A DNA stretch of 64,000 bases from Negaprion brevirostris (lineage: Eukaryota). Location: the NCBI GenBank assembly GCA_030324005.1, contig JARDVH010000193.1, positions 34,562,226 through 34,626,225 of the forward strand, given 5' to 3'. Below, one piece after another: positions 48,602 through 61,700 of this stretch (the first letter of the stretch is position 1; each line of letters opens with the position of its first letter). The notes under the pieces are model-generated. The model did no database searches, had not been told where the DNA came from, and worked only from the letters and a program-made list of their open reading frames with translations. Both the position numbers and the translations under genes were made by a program.

Positions 48602-49079
48602 GCTGAACAGAAAGGAATCAATCAGGGGAAGATGTGGGAGGTTTGCTCTCAGAGGAAAGGGAACAGATGGGACACCGCACAAAAGGATGTTCCAAAACAC
48701 TGTAAAGGTAAGGCCCCAGCTTAGCAACCTAAGAGTGGTAAAGAGGTTAACTTAACTTGCACGGAGCGCATGGTTGACTCATACTCACTTGAGGAATATT
48801 TTCACAGAATTCTTCACTTGCTAATAGAAGCGAAGTCCTCCACAGAAAACTCAGAAAAATTCTGGAGGCTACGATTTTAATGGGGCTGTGACATCAACAC
48901 CAACCGCCCCATTAACATCTGGGGCCGACATAGATCTTTGTGTTATCAATTGCTCCCAGCAGTGAGTGGAAACTTGGTAAGGGCATTCGAGGTGACTGAT
49001 CAAGGTTGCTGGAATACAATACATCCCGAGGAAGAAATCCCATTCCTATCTTCCAGAGTTTAATGAAATAGAAGCAATT

Positions 49080-49412
49080 CAGTTTCCTTTCAATCTTCCA
49101 GATTGAGAGATGCCTTCATCTCAGCCCCTCCCCTTGTGTGGACCGGAATTTTAATTCGGACCTGAGTAATCCAGTACCTTGGCCTTGTACTTTTTTTAAA
49201 GTGCTCGTGCACCAGTTTAAGATTGTTGGTGCCTGTGGTTCCTGCCAGGGGAAACTGCTCTTACATTCCTTGGCTGCAGCTTGGATAAAATTATACCCTG
49301 CCTCAGAGCAGCTCCGTATATGCTTGGCTGATATATATCCAGAGCTCTCTCCCAAGTTACAAACATCAATGCTTAAATAGCATGAAGAGGAGAATCCCAG
49401 CCCTCTCAACAT
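49080..49412 (-). mobile_element. Very ancient CR1-like RT C-terminal fossil
   Basis: TLKKVQGQGTGLLRSELKFRSTQGEGLR echoes LEKVQRRAT.LI..L...SYEERL; similarity is weak. Confidence 0.4.
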
Positions 49413-50762
49413 TTAAAACAAGATCAGCTAAGCTAAAATAAAAAGCTCAGTAGTTCAACATACATTGTGATGTCGGTCTGACATCTAATGGGGCAAACAC
49501 TTTGTTCAGTGTCACACTGAAGTGGAATTTAGGCTTATTTCTTCAGCGTTTCATCCTGTCTCACTTTGGCATTAGTCAAACTGAGTCTTGACCCCATATT
49601 TACACTGCACATCAGCACTGAACAGAATTTCTCCATGTAAACGTCAAACTAAGGTGTCAATTCATCTTAAATTCTTGGCAAATTTCCCCTTTGGTCTTAG
49701 GTTTTTGCTGAATTCATACTGTAGAGTTTGATCAGGTAGAGAAACAAATTTGACAATTGGAGAAACATAATTGGAACAATTTGCATGCTCATATCGAAAA
49801 CAAAAATGGAATATCTTGGCTGTCCCAAAGCTAAGACACCAGGCTTTGTTTTGACGGAACAACCACCATCTGGGTAGACATTTCATTTTGAATGAACATA
49901 GAGGCTTTATCATAGACAGCCAATGCAACAAAACCCAGCAACGGAGAACTGAAAAACTTTGGCTGTATGTGATTTTACAGGCTCAGCAGGCTACGTACAA
50001 TACTGATATAAACTTTGAGAATCTGATGCTTAAATTGGCATTTTTGAGTGATAATTAAAACAATTGGTGTTGGCTTCAGTTGAATTCCACTCAAGAATCA
50101 ATGAGAAGAGGATAATTAATACCAAAAACATACAACTAAGCAATTAAGCTATAAACAAATTCTCTCTCCAAAAATCTCTACGGTTTGAATCTGGAAGTTG
50201 GATTAAAATAATAGTTAAAGAATTTTCTGAAAACAGCAGAGAAAAAAAATAGAGCTATCATGCTGTTCCTAGCCTTTTTTACTGGGCAACCACAGGGCAG
50301 GGCTTTTACACTGGACAATCGCAGGGCTTCATGTGAAGGTGGTCATGTTAATTTAGGAAAAAAAGATATTGCGTGTAAAACTGGAACTGATTATATCTGC
50401 TTGTTGGAGGTTAGGAATGTCCTTTAAGGTTCAAAATGGCACTCTTAGCGCACCCACATGCCTGCTTTGAGTTGCATCAGATGCCATTTTGGGGAGGGCA
50501 TTGGTGCATGTGCAGGGTACACTTGACAGAAGTATACATAGTTGGTAGATCATGTCATACTACTCTTACTGTTTCTAATTGTAAATAACTTGACCTAGTT
50601 TGGCCCTATCTTAAGCAAATTCCTGCCCACCAGAGGGACTTCGTTCCCACCCATGACTACCAATGGCAAGTAATAGGATATATCATCATATTCCCCAACT
50701 TTAACTTGACCTAACATTGTTATTGGAATAACTAGTCAGTTTTGCACCAGTTTGTGTAACAG

Positions 50763-50980
50763 ACATAGAACATAACAGCGCAGAACAGGCCCTTCGGCCC
50801 ACGATGTTGCGCCGACCAATTAAAAAGCAATGACCCTCTAACCTAAACCAATCCCTTTCCATCCATAAACCTATCCACGGATCTCTTAAACGCCCCCAAA
50901 CTAGGCGCATTTACATCTGCAGCAGGCAGGGCATTCCAATCCCTCACCACCCTCTGGGTAAAGAACCTACCCTGACATCC
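50763..50980 (-). mobile_element. Young CR1 3' end
   Basis: GRFFTQRVVRDWNALPAADVNAPSLGAFKRSVDRFM with a CpG-retaining tail 'gggccgaagggcctgttctgcgctg..atgttctatgt'. Confidence 0.92.
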
Positions 50981-51049
50981 ACCACCCCTTAGAATTTTGC
51001 CCGCACTTTGTTTCAGATTTCCAGTATTCAAAGTATTTTGCTTTTATAT

Positions 51050-51300
51050 ATTTTTTATTCTTCCATGGGTTGTGAACATAGCTGGCCAGACCAACATTCA
51101 TTGCCCATATTTAACTGTGCTCGAGAAGGTGTGATGGATCGCCTTCTTGAAAAGCTGCAGTCTGTGTGGTGTAGATAAACTCTCAGTGCAGAGTTCCAGG
51201 ATTTTGACCCAGTGATAGTGAAGGAATGGCAATTCATTTCCAAGTTAGGATGGTGAGTGACTTGCTAGTGTTCCAATGCATCCACTACCCTTGCTCTTCA
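51050..51300 (-). mobile_element. LINE 3' end (clade unassigned) sharing its tail with the 42160 SINE
   Basis: HSFTITGSKSWNS peptide, then tail 'gggcaatgaatgttggtctggccagc...cacaacccatggaagaataaaaaa'. Confidence 0.7.
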
Positions 51301-51329
51301 ATATAGTTTCTAACCACATGATGAGAGCC

Positions 51330-52080
51330 ACTCTTAAAAAGTGTTATCTTTTAGCATTCTCTTCTCAAAAGGAGAACAACCTCAGCATCTTTTGTCCATC
51401 TCCACAGGTGAAGTTCCTCAGCCTTGAGACCATTATAGTAAATTACATTATTAGTGAATCGATTTTACATCTTCAAGGGTTTAACATATGTCCTAAAAGT
51501 CTGGTGTCCAGATCCTAGCTGAGGCCTATCCAGTGTTTGATAAAATAGTATTACTACATCGCTTTTGCACTTTAAATAATAAAGGTAAGGATCCCATATT
51601 CCTTCCCAACGTGTCCTGCTACCTTTAAAGGTTTGTGCACATTCCAGCCCCAGGTCTCTCTCTGCCTCTCCATAGAATCCTTTCTAAAATTGTACTGTGT
51701 GCTTCATATTGCCTCTTTTCATTCTTCCAGCAAAATGTAGCATATCATACCTGTGTTAAATAGCACCTGCCACATATCTGCCTGATTCACCAATGTAGAT
51801 CCTCCTGAAGTCTATTACCATCCTCATTGTTTACTACATTTTCCAATTTTGGGATATCTGTAAACTTTGAAATTATATCTTGCGTACCCAAGTACAGGCC
51901 NNNNNNNNNNTACAGGCCATTAAAATACAGCAAAGACCATGATGCTAGCATCAAACCCTGGGAAACAACGGCCTACCTCCCTCTGAGAAACAGCATTCAC
52001 TTTCTGCTATCTGACCATAGCCAAATTTGTACTCAGGCTGTCTATGCCCCTTTAATCTCTTGGGCTTTAATTTTACAAAT
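51330..52080 (-). mobile_element. Old CR1 fragment
   Basis: Reverse motifs 'aaggagaacaacctcagc', 'ggtgtccaga..ctagctgaggcct', 'gtatctgtaaactttg'-like (FADD region). Confidence 0.6.
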
Positions 52081-52103
52081 ACTATTATAAATGTGCATTT
52101 ATC

Positions 52104-53597
52104 TGTAATCTAATGAATCTTGTTAAGGTCCTTGACCTGAACAAATTAGGGACATCGTTTACAGCAAAATAAACTTTATTTAGTAACACACTTTAACTAT
52201 CAAATTAAACAGTTTAACTATTATCCATTAGTGATATTTAAACATGAAAAGAAATAATTTCTAACATATCAGTTTCAATTCCAAATAAGCAACATTTGTC
52301 TTACAGACTCAAAAACCCTTTTAAAAGTTAGCCACTATAACTNNNNNNNNNNNNNNNNNNNNNNNNNNNNNNNNNNNNNNNNNNNNNNNNNNNNNNNNNN
52401 NNNNNNNNNNNNNNNNNNNNNNNNNNNNNNNNNNNNNNNNNNACACCTAGATCCCTCTGTTCATCCACACTATTCAGAGTCCTACCGTTAGCCCTATACT
52501 CTACACATCTGTTATTCCTACCAAAGTGAATTACCTCACACTTTTCCGCATTAAACTCCACATAGCTGCAAATATATGTGGAAAGTAAATTGTGAATTCT
52601 CCAACTTTCAATTTTACTGTAGACACAAGTTATACCTTTAGCCCTTTTACTCTCATCTATTGTGTACTGTTTTTCCTTCTCCCTGACTGAGTACAATTCT
52701 TTGTATTCCTGCTCAATAACATCAACTTCTGTTTCCACATGTATGAAATGCATATTTGAGGATTTCCAAACTCCTGAAGTGGGTTTGAATGAGCTGGTGT
52801 ATGGCTGTGATCTGGAACTTTACTACGATCTATTTCCTCTACTCCTGCATGCCGTCTGGATATGATCAACTTTCCTGCAAATGGTTGGTGGCTACCATGG
52901 TAATGGTAACATCTAAATTTCTTACTCTGAGACTGTGAACTTGGCTGCCCTGACCTAGATCTCATTGAAATCTAGGGGATTGCCCCTGCTGGCTCAGATA
53001 AATAAATCCTTTGCAGTTTGCAACTCTCTCCCTCCTGCCAATTCCATAGATGTGGCTTCAGTGCAGGTCTCCTTCCATGTCAGCTTATTGCCTTTGCTCA
53101 AAAGCTTGGCCTGGATAGTATTGTTCTTTTAGCCTCATACAAACCTGTCTCCGAGCTGCTTTTTAAGTTTGCACCAGTACAGTTGCTACAGTAATGAGAG
53201 ATGCTTTAATTCAAGAATGTGCCTGCAACAGTTTCACTTGGCAACTGCATCCTGACATGGATATGCATCTCTCAATCGAATCTCATTCTTATTTTTGCCA
53301 TAATATGACTCCAGAATCTCTTTAGTTTCAGAATAGCCCATAGTATTGGGATCTCATGGACACATCATGGTGAGGAAAAATTTATTTCTTCCTCATCACC
53401 TACTTTATTCACATTTAGCCAGTCATTTAACCTTCGATCATAAAGAAGCCAGTCATCTTCATTTGGGTTGAATTCTCCCAGTGCCATTTATTCAATTATA
53501 TACACACTGCCTCACTGCATGATGTGCACACACAATAATCTTTCAAATTGCTCCAACTTCTTTAAAATCTACTTTAGGAATACCAAAAAGTGTGACA
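52104..53597. mobile_element. Possible long LTR remnant with a nested CR1 piece
   Basis: TG start and 'gtgtgaca' end, reverse polyA signal 'tttatt' near the left end; no TSD confirmed. Confidence 0.35.
52443..52562 (-). mobile_element. CR1 RT fragment
   Basis: VEFNAEKCEVIHFGRNNRCVEYRANGRTLNSVDEQRDLG. Confidence 0.9.
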
Positions 53598-53769
53598 TGG
53601 TGTTCTCCCATCCTTAATTTCTCAAACGAAATGTCAAAGAAATCTCCATCACAGCCTACCCGCCATCTTTCTGTTGTATATTGCCTTGAATGAGACTAAC
53701 AATGCTTAACTGCAAGCAGTCGTTATTGAACTAACTTTATTTACACCTTATGTTACATATATTAACAGG

Positions 53770-54900
53770 AGGCTACATTCTTCTGGGGAATTACCAGAGC
53801 CGTAGCTATGCCTGTGCTTCAGTAAAGAATACTCAGGCTGAGATCTGCTACTTGCTGCAGCCACAGCCCGTCAACCTAAGAACAGGGCAAGAACAGCATG
53901 GCCAGTGGCTGTGAATATGACCATACTAACAAACTTCCACGCATCTGGTTCCTTCCAGGTTGGACCGGGAGATATTCACAACATTTCCTGTTTATGCAGA
54001 AGAAGTTATTGAGGCTCTCTATTCAGTGAAAACAAATTATATTCAATTCTATTTTGCAAGACAGCATCAAGTACAGTGAACACTCCACTTTGTTGGGATC
54101 GCAAGCTTCCCAATGGTGTAGACTGCATTCGTGTCATTTTGCAAACACTGCCATATACCAGAGTCAAAGGGATTCTGTTCTCTCAAGGGGTGGGAGGATG
54201 AATGCTGTCATCCTGAGAGAGGACAGCAGGTTTGTGCTTCAGGACCCAATAACACTCCTGCAGGGCAATGGCTCAGCAATCCTAATAATCTGCAGATTGC
54301 TGGACTGCTGTGACATCCTGTAAGCCCCTAACATGCACTAATCCACAGCCATAACAACAGCAGTCTCAACTTGCATGGCAGCAGTGTGAGCTTCCACTGC
54401 AGCACCCAGATATTGGGCGCTATTGCTTCTGCTGCAATGGATGTTGTAACAGCTGCCTTCAGACCCTGCATTCTGTTGGATCCACAAACCTGCAAATGGA
54501 GTTATTCATCACTTCCATGATGGGAGGCTAAGCTCCAAGTTCTGCACAAAGCTACATGCCAAGTTGGTGGATATGTCAGCTGAAGATGCACTTACAGAAT
54601 TTGACCACTTGTGAGGTGACTGAACATCTTGCACTGCACCCGTACCCTACAGGGTTTGAATTCTGGCACTAGCTGCCACAGTCATTTGCTTTCTGAGCAT
54701 GTTGAGTTTATATCTGAAGGGCCTCCAGGCCACTCTCTAGATAAAGCACAATGCACAGTGTGCAGTGAAGAATTCTATTCCAGGAGAGAAGAAAAACTGG
54801 TGGAGACAAACCAGCTCAGAGTTTTATCAAACAAGCAGACAGCGGCATCAAGAGTAGTCAAGGATAAATATACATCTTAGGCTATTCTGTCATGCCATTT
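53770..54900 (+). mobile_element. Probable decayed Harbinger accessory-gene remnant
   Basis: GC-richer degenerate coding-like sequence resembling 38000-38690 in character. Confidence 0.3.
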
Positions 54901-55564
54901 GATGCAGGAAGCGCAATAGAAGGAGTCACCACTGTAAAGATATAAATGACGATGAAGAATACGGAGGAATGAAATTCAAGGATAAGGTCTGCTCTCTCGT
55001 TACATTTTCAGTGATTTTTGGATGCAAAGAAATCAAGCAATATGTTCCCAAATCTCTACTATTAATGCTTTAGGCCAACTGTTGGCAAAACCCAGTGACT
55101 ACTTTCATTCCAATTCTGTTCCCCTCCTGGGAAAAAGATTCACGTCCCTCACAAATGTGTACAAGAAACTGAAAACTTAGTAAAGTGAGACATTATGAAC
55201 ATACGATACCACACCATGGCATCAAATACTGGTATGGTCTTTAGTGAAGAGGACAAAATTGCAAGTTAAATAGTCTAACATTATATCAACGTCAGGATAA
55301 CTATGCCATCTGCTTAAAAAAGCAGCTGTTTTAATATCTGAATTCTGATTTTTGTTCATTTAATCAGTATTCAGTTACAAACTCCACTTTTGAAGTTTCA
55401 GCTGTAATAAACTAGAGTGACACAAAAGCAGCTTATTTCAATAAGTTACAGTACTATTTCTGTAATTCTTCACTCAAAATAGATTTCAAGTATAAAAGAA
55501 TGAACACAAGTTCAGAAAGGCAATTTTCAAACAACAGCAGCAATATCACAACTATCATGAAAAC

Positions 55565-55725
55565 AGAAACATAGAAGATAGGAGTACGAGGAGGTCATTT
55601 GACCCTTCGAGCTGCCCCACCATTCATCACAATCATGGCAGATCATCCAACTCAATAGCCTAATCTTTGCTTTCTCCCCATAACCCATTTGCCCCAAGTG
55701 CTATATCTAGCCAACCCTTGAATAC
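55565..55725 (-). mobile_element. CR1 3' tail
   Basis: 'agaaacatagaagataggag...ggtcatttgacccttcgagc...ccattcatcacaatcatggc.gatc'. Confidence 0.8.
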
Positions 55726-58700
55726 AAATTCCTCAATGGATTCCTGTTTGAAATCTCTAACAAAGTTAAATGCTAAATAGAACTTTAAATGCCTAATGCT
55801 GATAGGATGCAAGTGAAAACGCTAACTTTAAAACAGCTTAACAGAAGTACACCAAAGCAGTTGTATATTACACAACATTTGGAATGTATTCCTTTGCAGC
55901 CCTGAAATTTCAACTATGTCTTGTATGTGTTAAAAAAATAAAATTAATCCATAAAGTCTGAGTCAATGTTCGACAACTGACATGGCTGTCAGAGCTCAAA
56001 CTGCTTTGATGTTGATCCAAAGGTTGGTATATGTTGCTTGGAGAAAGTACTACAGAAACATTTATCCTCTGAAATGTATTACACACAGTTTGTATATATG
56101 ATTTGTATTAAATTACTATTACCATGCACTTGAACTATAAGTAGTGAGGCAATAAATCTGGCAAGTTAATGTGTAAGGTAAATGTCTGTTATGTTTCTAA
56201 TTATCCAAATATATGCAGCATTAATCTTTTCTGGATTATACTCTCCGCATTTAACAATCCAGTATAAAGTTTTATTGTGTCATGGCTTCAACCACGGGGT
56301 TAGAAAGTAGTCCTTGCACAATCTGTGTAAGATTAACACAATTAACAACTCTCCCCAACACAGGGAAGGAAGCAGCAGCATGATTTTTGTACCTTAGATT
56401 TTTTTGCAGCTACTGTAGATTTAAAACATCTGTGCAAGATTGCACCATGGCAAAAACAATGTTTCCTTGTCAGAGTACGAGCGAGGGTCGTGCAAATCTC
56501 TACATAGAAANNNNNNNNNNNNNNNNNNNNNNNNNNNNNNNNNNNNNNNNNNNNNNNNNNNNNNNNNNNNNNNNNNNNNNNNNNNNNNNNNNNNNNNNNN
56601 NNNNNNNNNNNNNNNNNNNNNNNNNNNNNNNNNNNNNNNNNNNNNNNNNNNNNNNNNNNNNNNNNNNNNNNNNNNNNNNNNNNNNNNNNNNNNNCCCACA
56701 GCTCATTCTGTTTTTAGTACAGTAACTCCAGCAGGCCCAGTTCTGAGCCATTTTCTTTCTCTTAGGAAGGCACTCTGCTGAAACCAGACATTTATCATTA
56801 GTCGCTGGTACAATTTTGCTCTGATTTTTCCACTTGCATTAAAAAAAGTAATTTTTGTTTTAATTACCCTCTTCAGCGGAATGTTGATGAAGTAACAGGG
56901 TCCTGCGCTTTGGGGGCCTTACCTCATTCCTGTGCTTTAATGAGTATAATCCTTAAGGAGCTTTAAAACAACCAACGCTGGGCTCAGGCCTGCAGCTGCC
57001 AAATACATTATACACTCTGACAAAAGGCAGGAGTTTGATAACCATACCCAGAATCCATCTTTGTCAGATGCACTATCAAAAAAATGACTTAACTCTCTTA
57101 CTCCAAAAAATTTCTGGAATTTCAATATTTGCCGTGGGAATGCAACGGCTGGTTTTCAGCAGATTCACCGGAAGGGTTAAAGAAATACTTAGAAAACTGA
57201 ACAACAACCAGGAAAAAAAAAACCTCTGATCCCCAAGACAGGGTATATAGTACCATCTGCACATTTTTTATTTGAGTAATTATCAGATAATTAAGTGCAT
57301 GATTTGTGAGAGAGCCAAAGCATACCATTAAAATATTTAATGCTTGTAGTTCTGCGACTGAAAATAGCATTAGCTGATATGCTACCAGCATTTTATATAA
57401 AAAGGGCAATGTGTTTGGAAATTCGAAGGTTTTTCAAGATAATGGTGACAAGGCAGAAAATAGCAACAAAATATTGGAATGCAGTGAAAGACTTCCACGG
57501 CGCAGTTTTTAAAAAATGCAGTTACCAGATAATTGTTTCCTGGATAAACTTTTTAATTTGCCCGTTAATCCAGTCTTCAGTTAGATGTTAAAAACAGTTA
57601 GCTTGCCTTTGTAGAAAACCTAATTTCACAAAAGGAAAGAAAGGAGGTTTTGAAAAGTGCTTTCCAACTATCCCCATAACCCAGCAGCACAAATTCTTGC
57701 ATAAACAGAAGGTAATAACTTTAAGCCAAATGACAATCTTGAAATAACTTCTACCACACTCCTTCATTTACAAAATGTATATTCTTCAAATCATCACCAT
57801 AATTTAACCTTATATTTACATTTAACCCTAATATATATTGGTTGATGGTAGTTATCCTTCCATTAAACATAATCTCCTCTGTACAGACAGGAGGACTTTC
57901 ATTAGACAACTGTGAGTGACGCTGCTTTATTCCATATCTTTAAAAGTAACATTAAAAACGTAACCTTACCGGCAGTACTTCTGTAGGATGCTCTGTTCCC
58001 CCTGCAGCTGGTATTTTTGTTTGAAAGTTTTGAACAATTTTACTAGTGTACTGCAGACCTAATTAATTATTTCATTACTAACAGAGGCCTAAATCCCGCC
58101 CCAATGCACATTGGAAATGATGTGAGGCCTGTAATCGGATCTTCAACAAGAGTTTCCCATTTTATCAAAACAAGGCAACACATGTACACAATTACTAACC
58201 AAAAAAAAACAAAAAGCCAGAAATCTGCACTTTAGGCTGTACAATTTTTAAAAACATACTTGCTGAAATCCTACTGTTCTGAAGAATCTTACTATATATA
58301 AAACTCAGTGGTTCTCTTTGTAAAGCATTTACAAACAATTAAAACCTATCCGTGCACATTTAATTTAATCTATACTGGAGCTGCAGATTTAGACTGCAAC
58401 CAATTTTAATAGAAGAGACAGTAAGGCTAAACAACGCTTACCAATTTAAGGAACAAGATGAAAAATAATCCAAGTAGATAAAATATTAAAACTCACGATG
58501 AAATTGGTGAAGGAAGCTGCTGAGTTTTGTTCTGGTCTTGGATCTTTCTATTTTCCTATATTCATATATAACATTCCACAATATGGAACGTGCTTTTCAT
58601 TGAAAACCCATTGTAAGTATCTGTTATTCCAGTAGGTGATGCTATGATTGGTATTTTCAATGTTAAAGGTGTCACACTGTGTGACACACAATAGCCTCCT

Positions 58701-61700
58701 TTTCTATCGTATGCATACCGTATTCTTATAGCACAAACTGTGCACTGAGATTCATAAATTGCTCAAAATGCGTTCTGATTTTTTTCTCCCTCATTCATCT
58801 TTTCCCTCTTTAGTAACTGGAATTTCTATCATCCAAAATAGCGCTATAAACAAAGTAAAATATTCAAGCAAAAGATAGTCCACAATATTGTGATTAAATT
58901 TATCCAGTGAATTGCCTTTTCAGGCTTGTAAGCCTTCAGTAAAGTTCTCAGAATCTTCCAAAAACTGGTCTTGGATTTAATATTTTGCATACCTGTGTAA
59001 TTATACACACTATTGGATAGNNNNNNNNNNNNNNNNNNNNNNNNNNNNNNNNNNNNNNGTCTTCAGACTTCAGCCACAATGTGCCCATTGTCCTTCTGAC
59101 TGACTCCAAATTCAGATAAGTAGATTTTAAAAATTAACCTTGCTGCAGCAACGCTTTAAGGCCATATATAGTTAGACTAAATACACGTCAGATTTTCTGG
59201 AGTGCAATTAGTACCCGTTGCCTCAGGCCAAACCAATCTTGCAGTGGGTGACTACACACCCTTGCACACCAATTTTTGTTTTTTTTTTCAACATGGCACA
59301 GAGCACATTTCTGGCTCATTACATCAAGCATGAGCTTCACATAGGAGCTGGTTAATGTCCATTGCATGGTCAGATTTCCAGGTCAATGTCTTGTATGAAT
59401 TCTACTTCTAGTAGACGCTTTTCTACATCTTTAAGTAGGCCAATTTTTACCTTCCCTTAAAACTGACATGAAATTTAATAATCATCTTTACTCATGTACA
59501 GAGTTTAATGTTGCATGAAAGCATTTGTGAAATCAGATTCAAATCTGATTCGGAGCGTGAATACTACAGTCTTACAGGCACCTTTCAAAAATGATTTTCA
59601 GAGCTTTCAACATTATCCAAGGTAGACTTGTAGACCTTCTTTACAGAAAGAATAACTCAGCAGCCAAGCTCTAAAGCTTCTGGTTCAACATTATAGGTGG
59701 CCACTTGTATGTCAGTAGTAAAATAGAAGTTCACTCCATCTGTACCTAGAATGGTTTACACTATTTCTTTACTTCAATACTAATTCACTCTGTTAAAGCA
59801 GGAATATCAAACAAAACAAAAAACAATTATTCCTATATTTGTTATAATTTCTGCACATGTACATCCAATATTATTTCAACGTTTAAACATTACTATGACA
59901 GGCAAAGGGAATCTTGGTAAATACAGCAAACATTCATAATTTGAGGCCTCCATATCTTGTTTTTACTTTGTGGATAAAAGAAAAAAAATCCATCACCTTT
60001 TTCTTCCGATAATGACCAGAAACACAATTTGTTGAGCTATTCTGCATTTCATTAACTTTTCAACTCATCGGAGCCTCTTTTCCCTCGGTCTCACTGGAAT
60101 TTTTGGCAGGATTTACGTAAAGCCAACTTGAGGTCCATCAGAAAGCACCACAAGTATTACCCATTACCAGCCTATTACTGGAAAGGCCTTTCTGCAGCTG
60201 GTGCAGATTTCGCAACTACAGCTTGCCATATATTGGGAAATTTTAAATAAATGCCTGCTGGAATTCAATAGTAGGTGAAACATTTCCCTTGATGGGTAAC
60301 AGCAAACTACTGTCACTGCTATCGTAAGAGAGAGAGAGAGGCAGACAGACCATGTATGGAACTACCTAGAAGAAACAGTCATGTGGTGTGAAAGGTGTAG
60401 TCTCTTAAGAGAATGTACCCCTCGTGATTTCTCTACTGGATCACCTACTGAGGTGATAAATAAAGAATTTTAGGAATAACAGCTGCTGTTATTATTAAAT
60501 GGATAGCTCTGCCAGAGACCCACCACTGCAAGTAGTGTCAGCCAGTGTAATCATAACTGGTCTAAAGACTAATGCATCATTTCTCCACAAACTATCACTG
60601 GTAACAGCCACAGAAGGAAACCTACCAGTCTCCAACCAATTCATCTCTTTAATGGGTTTTGCTTATTCTCCTATTCTCGACTCTTTTTTAAACCATTACT
60701 GCCTATGGACTTCCTCCCTTCTTTTTCTTGGCTTTTCCTGAACAGTCATCTGACAAAAATAAACTGTCAAAGAGCAGCATCCTGTAATTTCATTGCATAA
60801 ACTCCTGCCCCAGGGTTTGCAGATCTTGGATTCTTCAAAGTTGCGTTGAGCTTTAATCGCGTATATGAAAATGTAAATGATGAGTTAGGAAAAAAATCAC
60901 TACTGAATTCAATACAAATTTAGCTGTCAGACTGCTACACTGACAATTTTAATAATTCAACAGCAATGTTCCTATAACATCAGTGTAAACCAATACTGTA
61001 TTTATCTGATGAAGCGTTTCCTTTCATTCATTCACTAACTGTTGCTTTACAATTTTGTTAAAGCCCTGGTTAATAATTACACAGTGTCAATCATAGCACT
61101 GTTCTCAGGTAAAAAAAAAATTAAAATTTACTTATGTTCTATAGACAACTAAGGTTACACACATTTCATTTCATTGCTGACAGATAATAACATTTTGTTT
61201 CACTTAAGTGAATATGTTGAATAAGCACTGGACAGCAAAAAAGTAATTTCTTTTAATTTAGCTCATACTCCAGCACATACATAGTAAAAGAAAATTCATT
61301 CCAATCTTTTCCAAGTGTACAATCTGAAAATAAGTGCTCATTTTCTGTTAAAAATTCAGGTTAATTTTCTACAAACTTATCAAAATTGCTCCTTTAGAAT
61401 GCATATTGTTTTAATTTTCATTAAATTGTTGCTAACAACTGATTATTATTGGTGAAAAAAAAATTCAACGTGCGTGAATTAGCAGACTCTATTAACACCC
61501 AACATTTTTCACTTTGCTATGTCCAAACAACTGAGCTAGTTAGCAAGACACCACAGTAGGAGGTAAAACTACATGCATGGTAAGTGGACAAAGCAAAATT
61601 GAATTTACAATTTCCATTTGCCTTCATGGCAATTCAACGACATATAGGAAATCCAAAAGGAATCATCATACTGATTCAAGACTTATTATGCATCTTATAT

